From assembly GCF_963921235.1 (NCBI RefSeq), contig NC_086097.1, positions 28,584,001 to 28,648,000 of the forward strand: DNA of 64,000 nucleotides, given 5' to 3'. Positions 52,444 through 64,000 of this stretch are shown one piece after another. The notes below the pieces were generated by a model, which saw only the letters and a program-made list of their open reading frames with translations, had not been told where the DNA came from and searched no databases. A program made the position numbers and the translations under genes. Source of the DNA: Mobula hypostoma. Its lineage: Eukaryota. The first letter of the stretch is position 1. The number at the start of each line of letters is the position of its first letter.

Positions 52444-55400
52444 TCACAGGGGTTCTGAGGTGGCTAACAGGGCCAATACTGGAACTGCTAACTCTGCTGC
52501 AGGTGACCAAGTTTAGACAGGCTAGGATTTTATTCCTCGGAGCATAGGGGTCCAAGAGGCAATCTTATCGAGGTGTATAAAATCACAAGGATGAATACAC
52601 TCAGTCTTTTCCCCAGGGTTGGGGAATCAGGAAATAGACGGCATAGATTGAAGTATAGAGGGGAGAGACTTAATAGGAACCTGAGAGGTAACTTCTTTTT
52701 TGCACAGAGGATGGAACATATGTGGAATGAACTGCCAAAGAAAGTGGTTGAGGGAATAACAACTCTTAAAGAACAGTTTTGGAAATGGTTTACTATTGTT
52801 GATACAGTATCATTTTAGTTAGGTACAAAGGTTTAGGATCAAGGACCTACTTTATTTGCCATTAATATTTACATGCATTAGGAATTTGCTGTGGTGTGTT
52901 GGTGCTACATACAACAAAAAAGGTTGTGGGCCAAACTTTGGCATATAGAACTTTGAAAACAAGCCAACAAGGTGCTCATTAACGGTTGGGCCGAAGGGCC
53001 TGTTAACATGCTGTATAACTCAATGAAGGGAGGCAGGAAGTGCTTGAGGTGTAGTTTGTGAGGTGGTTTGTTACTTACGTTGGGCTTCTGCGTGCTGGCA
53101 GTGAGAAGGCTCAATGGTCTGGTTCCAGTTCAAATATCCCTCCACCACTCGAGATACTCACAGGCCAGGAGGAGCTGGTGGTGAGGTCACTTGGAATATT
53201 GCTTTCAGCTCTAGTTACCTCATTATAGGAAGGAGCTGGAAGCTTCAGAGCGGGAGCGGAGGAGATCTCCCAGGATGCTGCCTGGATTAAAGAGCATGTC
53301 GTATCAGGATAGGTTGAGTGAGCAAGTGTTTTTCTTTCTGGAGCAGAGGATAAGAATTGACTTGATAGAGGTGTGCAAGGTGATAAGAGGCATATACTCA
53401 GTGGATTACCATAGACCTTTTCCCAAGGCAGAAATGGCTAATATGAAGAGGCACAATTCTAAGGTGACTGGAGAAGAATTTTGAGGGAGATGCCAAAGGT
53501 ACTTTTTTTTAAAACACAGAGTGTCGTAAGTGCATGGAGCACCCTGCCAGGTGATGTTGGAGGCAGAATATTAGGGACATTTAAGAGACTCTTAGATAGG
53601 CAGACAGGAAAATGGAGGGCTATGTAAGAGGGGAAGATTAGATTGATCTCAGAGTAGGTTAAAAGGTCGGCACAACATCGTACACTGAAGAGACTGTACT
53701 GTGCTGTATGTTCTATGGGTCATTACACATTTTTTCCAAGGAGGCTTTGAAAAAAAGCCAATAAGGTGCACATTAACAGCATTTTTATTGGCTTCCTCTG
53801 CAACATGTGCATGCGAGGGAGACAAAACAATTGTGTCGGCTATGGTTGTTTGGCAGGAGCTCATAACAACCTCGACACCATGGACACTGGGTGGTATAAA
53901 GTCACATCCTGCTCCAGGGTCCTGAAAGACTGGCATGGTCGAGGTTGCCATGGATACATTTCTGCTGTAACAGACAACCCTTCTTCCAGGTAGACAAAAC
54001 TTCAGTGTTCAGGCTGAGCAGCACTGGATATAAATACAGCAAAAGCATTTGAAATATTCCACTGCTGGCTGTCCAGAAAAATTCTGTGGTACTCCAACTT
54101 CAACTAAATTCTTCAGCTTGTGTAAAGAAGTTTGCATAGATGGCAAAGCACAGTAATAGTTGTTAGTTTGTTAGTTGTGTAGGGGGCTGGGCCCTGATTA
54201 TATAGTGCTATGGTTACAAGGATTATGAGAGACACTCACAGAAGTGCTGTTACTGCTTCTTCCCGGAAATTACTACAGGGCATGAGCTGTAAGGGGAGCT
54301 TGGACAAACTTGGCTTGTTTACTCTGCAGCAACGAAGGCTGAGGAGAGACCTGACAGAGGCTTAATAGATTATGAGAGGTACAGGTTGGGGAGACAGTCA
54401 GCATCTTTCTCCACAGGATTGAAATGTCTAAGTAAAACCAGAAAACATAGAAGAATGAGGCCATTCGGCCCATCGAGTCTGTTCCATCGTTGTATCATGG
54501 CTGATTCATTATCCCACTCAACCCCCATTCTCCTGCATTCTCCACCGTTACCTTTGAAGCCCTGCAAACCTTGGGCGCCACGGTAACGTAGCGGTTCGCG
54601 TGACGCTATGACAGCGCAGGACGTTGGAATTCAGTTCCGACGTCTTTTGTAAGGAGTCTGTATGTCCTCTCTATGGGATGCTTGGGTTTTCTCCCGGTTC
54701 TGCAGTTTCCTCCCACAGTTCAAAGACGTACCAGTTGGTACATTAATTGGTCATTGTAAGTTGCCCTGAAATTAGGCGAGGGTTAATTGAGGGTTTCTGG
54801 GTGGCTCAGCTCTAAGGTCCATTAGGGCCCATTCCGCGCTGTGTGTTAATAAATAATCAAGAACCTAGGAGGCTAGGGACAGCAGATGCACAAAGATTTT
54901 ATGATATTAGCACCAAGATGTACACCTTAAAACTGAACTCCTGAAGGACCGGGATACAATGTCCTTTGAATAGCAATGGTGACATGCCCTCTTCGTGTCA
55001 ATACCATCAGGGAGGAGGTACAGGACCCTGAAGACCCACAATCAATGATCTTGGAACAGCTTCCACCACCAGATTTCTGATTACAGTCATGAACCTGAGA
55101 ACACTACTTTTCTCTTTCTGCACTATTTATATGTGTGTCTTACCGTCATTTACAGCAATCGCACAGCACTTCTGCTTCATGACAGCACACACAAAATGCT
55201 GACAGGTCTCATCACGTCAGGCAGCATCGTTAGAGGGGAACAAACAGTCAACGTTTTAGGCCAAGGCCCCTCATTGAGATAAATTTCATGACCTGTGTCA
55301 GTGATAATAAACCCGATTCTGATTTGAGATACTGGCAGCAAAGATTTGAAAGCCAAACTCACACGGGATTTGCAGTGCAATTAACCAGAAAAGCACAAGT

Positions 55401-57711
55401 CACTACATCTGCAGATAATAAGGACAGAGGCTAGGGTGTCGGCAGTGGACATGCTGAGGCAGGCATTTGAGAGGTTATGGGGATAATGCATGTTGCAGGT
55501 ATGTATGGTCAGGAAGCTGTATTTGCCAATGTTTGCTGCAGCTTGAGACTGCATCCACACAGGGGAAGAGTAGTTGGGGTCCACGATACAACGTGGGAAC
55601 TGCCTTGACTTTATTCCCTGCAGCAGGCGTTTCATCCTGGGAATGAAAGGGTTAATGTACGAGTAGCGTTTGATGGCTCTGGGACCATACTGGCTGGAGT
55701 TCAGAAGAATGGGGGTGGGTGGAATCTCATTCAAACCTACAAAATATTGAAAGACCTAGAGAAGATGCTTCTGTTAGTGGGGGAGTCTATGACTAGAGCA
55801 CACAGCCTCAGAATACAAGGACATCCCTTTAGAATAGAGATGAGGAGGAATTTCTTTAGCCAGAGGGTAGTGAATCTGTGGAATTCATCGCCACAGATGA
55901 CTAATGGAGGCAGAGTCACTAAAGTGGAGGTTGATGGGTTCTTGATTAGTAAGGGTGTCAAAGGTTATGTGGAGAAGACAGAAGAATGGGGATGAGAGGG
56001 ATAATAAATCAGCCATTATGTAATGGCGGAGCAGACTCGATGGCCTAATTCTGCCCCCATGTCTTATGGCCTCATTCACCAACAGTATTTCTCACCCAAC
56101 ATATGAACGTATCATTCCAAGACATTACTATGTCACTTATAGCAAGCTTTATGTTTTTGCACTGCAAAACAACAAATTTCCTGTCACCTACATCAGGGGT
56201 AATAAACCTGAATCTGATTCCTGTTCCCAGTCTGTTATTATTTTTATATCAAAATATTGTAAAACTTTATTCACAATAAAATATTTACCGGAATAAACCG
56301 TGTATCTCTTTCATTCTTACGTTTATAGGCAATGCATTACGTAGTTATATTCCTTAAAACCATTGCCACTCATGTGACCCCCTGGAGTGGTACACAACTA
56401 CAATAATCAGTAATCACCGGCATTAATAATAGCATCATTATTAAATGGCTCTATGCAAACTGACCTATATCACGTCAGGACCCCACATTAAAAGTACTTT
56501 GGGAAAGTTCTTGAAGAAATGCAATGCTCTAGCTCAATAAGCTCTAGTTTCAAAACCCTTGGGAAACCAAGAACTCAACATTATGCATGCCTGCAGCAAC
56601 ACTGGCAATCCTACACATCTCACTTGTTTCCTCATTAAATTCCACAGTTTGCATAACGCACTATGCAAAACGGATGCAAATGCCAACAGACACTCTGATT
56701 TCCATGTTTGATCCTATTCACGTTGAGCGAACTGTGCTGACACTGTGATGTTGTCCCAACCTTGAATGAATCAAGAGTAAACAGGTTGGGTGCACTGGGT
56801 CCCTGTCGACCGACTCCTGTGGGAAATGTACACTCGTGGCTACAAAGAGCAAACAGTCTGCTGCATCGATAGCTGAGGGTTACAACAGTACCAATGACTG
56901 CAATACAATACCAGACCCACAGCAACAGAGTTGAGATCTCCCTTCCTTCCTTAATGCTCCAGACAACCGCTCATTTCAAGAGCAGGATACTAATATGAAG
57001 GGTGGATGGGATTTTCCTTCCTTTCTTGGTTAGATCACACTTGGAATATTGTGTTCAATTCTGGTCACCTCTTATAGGAAGGATATAGAAGCTTTCGAGA
57101 GGGTGCAGAGGAGAATTACTAGGAAGCTGCCTGGACTAGAGTGAACTTTTCTCTTTGGATTGAAGGAGGATTAGAGGTGACTGATAGAGATGTACAAGAT
57201 GATGAGTTGCACAGATCAAGTGGACAGGCAAGCTTTTTCCCAAGGCAGAAATGGCTAATATAGGGAGGCATAATTTTAAGGTAAATAGAGGATAGTATGG
57301 AGGGAGGTTCAAAGGTAAGTTTGTTACAGAAAGTGATTGTTGTGTGGAAATCCCTGCCGTGGTGGTGAAAGTGACAGATACATTTGGGACACTTAAAGAG
57401 ATTCTTCAATAGGCATATAGATGATAGAAATATGGAGGGCAATGTAGGAGGGAAAGATTAGATTGGTTAGAGTAGGTTAAAAAGTCGGTACAATATACTC
57501 AATGTTTCTCCCATAGTCCACTCTCCTCTCCTACCAAACTCCTTCTTCAGCCCTTTAACTCTTCCCACCTATTATCTCCCAACTTCTTACCTCACCCTCC
57601 CTCCCCCATCAGCCAGTCTCACCTATCACCTGCCAGCTTGTACTTGTTTCTCCCCTCCTCACCTTCTTATTCTGGCTTCTTCCCCCCTTCCCTTCCAGTG
57701 CTGATGAATAG

Positions 57712-58221
57712 ACCATAAGATAAAGGAGCAGAAGCCGGCCATTCGGCCCATCGCGACTGCTCCGCCAGTTTATCATGAGCTGATCCATTCTCCCATTTAG
57801 TCCCACTCACCATAACCCTTGATGCACTGGCTACTCAGATACCTATCAATCTCTGCCTTAAATACACCCAATGACTTGGCCTCCACTGCTGCCCGCGGCA
57901 ACAAATTCCATAGATTCACCACCCTCTGACTAAAAAAATTGCTTCGCGTTTCTGTTCTGAATGGGCGCCCTTCAATCCTTAAGTCATGCCCTCTCGTACT
58001 AGACTCCCCAATCATGGGAAACAACTTTGCCACACCCACTCTGTCCATGCCTTTCAACATTCGAAATGGTTCTATAAGGTCTCCCCTCATTCTTCGAAAC
58101 TCCAAGGAGTACAGTCCGAGAGCGAACAAACGTTCCTCATATGTTAACCCTCTCATTCCTGGAATCATTCTAGTGAATCTTCTCTGTACCCTCTCCAACG
58201 TCAGCACATCCTTTCTTAAAT
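57712..58221 (-). mobile_element. Young CR1 3' fragment, same subfamily as 2322-5557
   Basis: ORF 57797-58207 is almost identical in protein to the end of ORF 4611-5465. 8-bp TSD atgaatag at 57704-57711 and 58222-58229. Confidence 0.9.
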
Positions 58222-58777
58222 ATGAATAGTCTTGGCCTGACTGTTATTCACCTTCATAGACACTGCCCGACTTACTGAGTTCCTCCAGGATGAATGCCTG
58301 CAGATACACCTGAGGTGGTACTGAGAGGGGTTACGTCTGAGCCTGGTTTAGTAACTGCTCTGCTCTGGACTGACGGAACTAGCAGAGAGTGGTAAACACT
58401 GTCCAGTCCATCACAAGTTCATCACTTCCTTCCATCCAGTTCATTGTTACCATGGATTGCTTTGGGGAGATTAATGCCATCGCCAAGGATGCCTCCCACC
58501 CTGGACATTCCCTGAAGATACAGACTCAAGAACAGTTTCTTCCCCACTGCTGTCAGACTTCCGAACTTTCACATCCATTGCCAGTGGTGCTGCCACGTTC
58601 TCAGACTCTTCCATTATTGTCACGTAGCAGTTCTTTTTGCACCAGAGGCAACTTATGGTGGAGATAAAGGTAAGGATCTTTTTCAAAAGTCTTATCCTCT
58701 TTTTTCCTGCAAAGACTGGCTTAATGCAAGAGGATTATTTGATGTTTCTGTCTGTTCTTGACGGAGTTCAGAAGGAT

Positions 58778-59015
58778 GTTGGGGACGGGGAGGGAATGTC
58801 GACTCAGACATGAGAGGCCTGCGTCGGTCAATTTCATGCCTTACAAGGCGCAGATTGGAAGTCTGTGTGGGGCGCCACTCCTTGCACAGACTAGAGCAAC
58901 GTGTGATTAAGTGCCTTGCTCAAGGACACAAACACGCTGCCACAGCTGAGGCTCGAACTAGCGACCTTGAGATAACTAGACGAACGCCTTAACCACTTGG
59001 CCACGTGCCCAACAC
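58778..59015 (-). mobile_element. tRNA-derived SINE (non-V family) inserted into a CR1 fragment
   Basis: Minus-strand head gggcacgTGGCCAAGTGGttaagg..GTTCGAGCC (A/B boxes), then gtgtccttgagcaaggcacttaa. Confidence 0.7.
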
Positions 59016-60029
59016 ACATGAGGGAGATCTCATTGAAAGACCCAGATGGGGTGGACATAGGGAGGATGTTTTCAATAGTAGGAGGGTCTAGGATCTGAGG
59101 GCACAGCTTCAACAGGATAAAGAGATGTCCCTTTAAATCTGAGATAAGGAAGAATTTCAAAGAGGAGAGAATCTGCAGATGCTGGAAATCCAAGCAACAC
59201 ACACAAAATGCCAGAGGAACTCAGCAGGCCAGGCAGCATCTCTGGAATAAAATACAGTCGATGTTTCAGGCCAAAACCTTTCAGCAGGACAGGAAGGGTT
59301 TCTGCCCAAAATGTCGACAGTGCTTTTTTCCATAGATGCTGCCTGGCCAGCTGAGCTCCTCCAGCATTTTGTGTGCCTTGCGTTGGTAAGGAAGAATTTC
59401 TTTAGCCAGAGGATGATGCCTCGTGGTAGCGTAGCAGTTAGCTTGATGCTGTTACAGTCCTCTGTAGCACGAGTTCATACATCTTATCCATGGAATATGT
59501 AGGTTATCTCCGGGTACTCTGGCTTCCTCCCACAGGCCAAACACGTACCGGTTAGAAGGTTATTTGATCATTGTAAGTTGTGCCATGATTAGGCTAGGAT
59601 TAAATCAGGACTTGCTTGGCACTGTGGCTCAAAGGGGCAGAAGGGCCTATCCGTGCTGTATCTCAATAAATAAAGAAATAAAATCTGCTGAATTTGTTGC
59701 CACAGAGGACAGAGGCCAAGTCGTTGTTACTTAAAGCGGTGACTGATACGTTTTTAATTGATAAAGGGGTTAAAAGTTTTGGGAGGAACATGGAAGAACA
59801 GTTTCGGTCGTTACATTATAGACAGGGTGTGGAAGCTTTACAAGATGGTGCAGAGGAGATATACTAGGATGCTGCCTGGATTTGAGAGCATGTCGTGTGA
59901 GGATGGTTGACTGAGCTGGGACTTTTCTCCTTGGAGCGAAGGAAGATGAGAGGTTACTTGATAGAGGTGTACAAGATGATAAGATGCACAGACATAGTGG
60001 ACAGCTAGCACCTTTCCCCAGCATGCAAC

Positions 60030-60768
60030 AGACTGCTGGTGAATCTCAGTGACTTCTGGCTGGTGGCGGATGAAGCAAGGGAAACAACAAAATACTTTGT
60101 TAATCACTCTTTTTCTGGTGAATGATCATCGCAAGTAATGGTCCGTAACTTCCCTTTGGACTTGGAGGCAATTAGATGTGGCAGAACTGAGGCAAGGCGA
60201 GACAACAGGCCTGTCACCGAGAGCAAGGAAGACCCGGGGTTAGATCGATTTAAGCACCAGGCCGAATGGGAAAGGTCGGTACAGGCCAAATCGAGGCAGT
60301 GGGGTCCAAGCCCCAAAACTTATCGATGTGACAGACCCGATGTTTGGATGACGATTTAAGCACCAGGCCGAATCCGAAAGGTCAGGTACAGGCCAAATCG
60401 AGGCAGCGGGGTCCAGGCCCCAGAGCACACCGAAGCTAATGAACCTGACGCTTGGATGACGATTTAGGCACCGGGCCTGATTGAAAAGGTCAGGGTGTCG
60501 GGGCTCGAGGTGAGGGATGGGCCAGTTCAGATTGCTACTCGGCTCCGTGCTAAACTAAGGGTCTGTTGACGGACTCTCTTTGTGGACTTCAGTTCAAAAC
60601 GCTATTTGCTTGTGTTAATTGTTTGCATGATTTGTTTATTTTCTCCCCACATTGGGTATTTCTCAGTCTTCTTTTTTAATGGGTTCTTTTGGGTTTCTTT
60701 GTTTCATGGCTGCCTGTTAGGAGACGAATCTCAAGGTTGTATAATGTATACATACTTTGATATACTTT
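60030..60768 (+). mobile_element. Non-autonomous element with an internal ~107-bp tandem repeat and a Rex1-like tail
   Basis: cgattta(a/g)gcacc units at 60246, 60352 and 60460. The 3' end gaatctcaaggttgtata..catactttgat is shared with other Rex1-type tails in the window. Confidence 0.5.
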
Positions 60769-63700
60769 AAGGTGATTTTGGCAGATAGGAAAGGGGAGAC
60801 ATGAGAGGGAGTTTTATTCGAATAGAGAGTGGTGTGTGTGGAGGCAGATACATGAAGGATAGCTAGGGACTTTTGGATAGGCACATGGAAGGAAGAAATC
60901 TGAAGGGGTAGAAATCTGAATGTGGGAGGGAGGGTTAGACTGATCTTGGAGTAGGTTAAAAGGTCAGCACAACATTGTGGGCCTAAAGCCTGTAGAGTTC
61001 TAACGGTACTGAAAAAGTATCATCCATTATCGAGTGGTGAAGCAAACTCCATGAGCTGAGAGGCCTAATTCTGCTCCTATATTTTACGGTCCAAAACTAA
61101 ATCATCAGTTCTTATCGCAAGGTACACGCCTCCACTGAGGTCTTGAAGGAGTTAAATTAACTCGGCTGGCAAACTGCTGAGTACAACCTTTGACATTACC
61201 GACTTTGCACAGATTATCTCCGATTCCCAGAGGTGTCCGGTTTCCAATAAAGTATTCACCTAGATCCTGTTTAGAAACGCTATTCTGCAGAGCAGCTTAC
61301 ATGTAGAACAGCCCCGAGTTCAGCTGTTGTTTGAATCATCTGCCAACGATGTGTGATGTAAGGCCCGATAATGTTACAGCACAGGCTCTTGCCCAGATGT
61401 AGGCTGGAACCCAGAGCAGGGACCTCATTTCTCTATCGTTTTGAAAGCACAGGTCTTCGTGTTACAATAGCTGTGTAGCTTCTAGGTCACAAGATTGTAT
61501 CACACATCTTGGCTGGAATCGTGCTGGCTCTAAATTAGTCATAGTGACTACATTTCAAAAGCATTTCAAAGTCTTGTAACACCTTAATGAGACGAACTTT
61601 CAGTGTTCTAAATTTCAGTAAGTTTGGAGCAAAGAGAAAGCAGGTGATCCTCACACAGTGAAGGAATGTCTTTAGCCAGAGGGTGGTGAATCTGTGGAAT
61701 TCACTGCCACCAACAGTTGTGGATGCCAAGTCACTGGGTGTGCTTAAAGCAGAAGTGGATAGGGACTTGATTAGTAAGGGTGCTAAAGGTTATGGGGAAA
61801 GGGTTGAGTGAGATAGTAATTCAGATTTGATGGAATGGCAGACCAGACTTAATTGGAAAAATGGCCCAATTCTCGCTCTTATGGTTTATGTTTTATTTAG
61901 CCTCAAGTGCCCTATCCAAAACTGCTCTCACCACCTCATTTTACCTGTCCAAGCTATTGTCAGCTCAAGCACTGAGCAATATTGCTCTCTTGATTACCCC
62001 ACCACCAGGGACTGCCTCCTTATACCCAAGTGAGGATTACCCCAATCCTCATTCCTCCATACCTTAGCCAGAAGCCCACTCGTATTCCGCCCCAATGTCT
62101 TATTGCCTACAACTTAACGCTGTACCTGTGTGTTTAAAGCACTCTCCCTCACTGTATTCTCTTCCAGCCCTCAATTCCTCACCAACTCTGGCTTTAGGAG
62201 GCATGAGAAAGCACAGATACTAGAACTTAGAGCAAAATGCCAGAGGAACTCAGCGAGTCAGTGTGGAGGAAAACAAAGAGTTGACATTTTGGGTTGAGAC
62301 TCTTTACCTGGACTGAAAGATGGAAAGGAGAGTAATTGGGCAGTGCAGGTTCACTGGGCTCGAAGTCTCAGTTACTGTGCTGTATCTCTAACTAAATAAG
62401 TTAGTTTAGCCAGTGTAAAAAGGCGGAGGGAAGGGGTCTGTACACTGCTCTGTGATGCTGGGCTGGCGGTGGGAGATAGACCCAGGTGGTTTTCTCCATA
62501 GACACTCCCTGGCCTGTGGGGTTTTTCCAGCATCTCGTATGTTTTCACCAGGCAGACCCCTTCTCTTACTAACACTTCCACCGCATCACAGACTGCCATC
62601 TCCTTAGTCATCTCTGGAATGGGCAGATGGTCTGAGGAAAGATTGGACAGGCAAGGCTTGTGTCTCCTGAACTTTAGAGGGGTGGCAGGGGATGTGACTG
62701 AAACTCAAGATCTCGAGTGGCCTCTGTACGGTGGAGAGCAGGATAATGAGGGCAGATGATATGGAGGTATGCAAAATTATGACGGGTAAAACTAAGGTAA
62801 ATGCAGGCAGCCTTTTTCCCCTCAGGTTGGGTGAGAGGCAGGTTTAGGGTGAAAGGTGAAACATTTAAGGGGAATCTGAGGGGGAACTTCACTCAGAGGG
62901 TGGTGACAGTGTGGAATGCGCAGCCAATGGAAGTGGTAGATGCAGGTTTGATTTCAGCACTTGAGAAATTTTAATGGGTACATGGATGGATTAGAGAGGG
63001 ATGGAGGGCTCTGGTCTGGGTGCAGGTTGATAGGACTAGGTAGAACTAGATGGGTTGAAAGGCCTGTTTCTGTGCCGTTGTACACTATTATTCCAAGGTA
63101 TTTCTTTTGTGAGGGAACATGTGGAGAACCTGTTTAAAAGGAAACAGCCTAGTAAGCAGGTGAGATGATTTTTTTCCCTATCAAGAGCGTTGGGATTCTT
63201 TGTCAAAGAACAGTGGAAGGGGGTCTCTGAATGTTTGGAAGGGAGAGGGATACTTGGTAGGCAAGGGAATAAGAGGTTATCTGAATGAAGTAGCAGAGTT
63301 GAGGCTACTATTAGATCAGCCAAGATCTTGTTAAATGAACTGATAAGCTCAAAAGGCACTCTCATGCAGTATGAAATTTAAACCCAATTTAACACTGATG
63401 GGGTGATGGAGGCGGGGTAGAGATATGGCTCTACCAAAGGAAGTGTAAAGTGTTCCTTCCCTCGCTGTCCTGCAAGTCACCCTTCAACGAGGTGTAGCAC
63501 CCACTTAGCCCTCTGATCAGGGTCATGTGAAGTCATGGGAGCAGATGGTGGATGGTCGTATGAGCAGCTGGTGCCCATCACACGTCCTGGTTATGCAACC
63601 ACTGACACCAGGCAGCCAATCTCTGAAGACTATTGATAATGGCTGGGGTCATCCATCTTGTAAAGGGACTGCCCAGAAGAAGCACTGACAAACCAGTTCT

Positions 63701-63814
63701 GTAGCAAATTTGCCAAGAACAATCAAGGTCATGGAAAGACCATGATCGCCCACGTCATACGACACGACGCATAATGAATAAACAGACATCGAAACATAGT
63801 GAAATGCATTTAAC

Positions 63815-64000
63815 ATACACAAAATGCTGGAGGAACTCAGCAGGCCAGGTAGCATCTGTGGAAAAGAGTTCAGTCGAGGTCTTTGGCCAAGGCTCTCCAT
63901 CAGGACTCACTGGGTGGGTCCTGATGAAGGGTCTCAGTCCAAATAGTCGACTGAACTCTTTTCCATAGATGCTACCTGGCCTGTTGAGTTCCTCCAGCAT
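63815..64000. repeat. Fold-back (head-to-head) Penelope terminal-repeat derivative; similar structure at ~59190-59376
   Basis: atgctggaggaactcagcaggccaggtagcatct...agatgctacctggcctgttgagttcctccagcat, with arms of ~85 bp around a short spacer. Confidence 0.7.

Noticed and set aside
58935..59015. tRNA gene on the minus strand
   Set aside because: It has A/B boxes but no proper acceptor stem or terminator, and it runs into a SINE body inserted in a CR1.
63400..63512. HDV-like ribozyme at the 5' end of the RTE-related short element (GGGTGA/TCACCC pairing plus a following hairpin; also ~30015-30120)
   Set aside because: I could not fit P3/L3/P1.1 or the catalytic C-x-A-A junction by eye. A covariance-model search on the family consensus would be needed.
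21983..64000. Upstream CCDC88C exons (DPRP..NLRIQNL..YYQ and earlier) or a nested gene
   Set aside because: No matching peptide with splice sites was found by eye. The ORFs in the track here map to repeats or look random. A small diverged exon cannot be excluded.

Overview
Eukaryotic, intron-dominated genomic DNA. The repeat content (CR1, Rex1/Babar-type LINEs, V-domain SINEs, Penelope-like ends) is typical of a cartilaginous fish, probably a ray; this is inference. The only host gene I can support is on the minus strand: five consecutive GT-AG coding exons (70, 59, 84, 141 and 188 nt, at 21982 down to 6021) that splice in frame into the Hook-domain/first coiled-coil region of CCDC88C (Daple). 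They match human exons 4-8 as I recall them. Everything from 21983 to 64000 appears to be one long upstream intron. The rest is layered transposon debris: a ~3.2 kb frameshifted CR1, Rex1/Babar, L1, Tx1 and RTE fragments, Penelope-like ends, Tc1, Harbinger, hAT and Tigger-like non-autonomous elements, SINEs, and a class-I-type endogenous retrovirus remnant (integrase, PPT and LTR, no env). Most worth following up are minimal hammerhead ribozyme cores inside two Penelope-like inserts in the host-sense orientation, the ERV remnant, inverted young CR1 copies flanking the exon block, and a non-repeat island with an RFX X-box and hairpins. I found no prokaryotic-type system and cannot claim a wholly new biological system. 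Element boundaries were read by eye.
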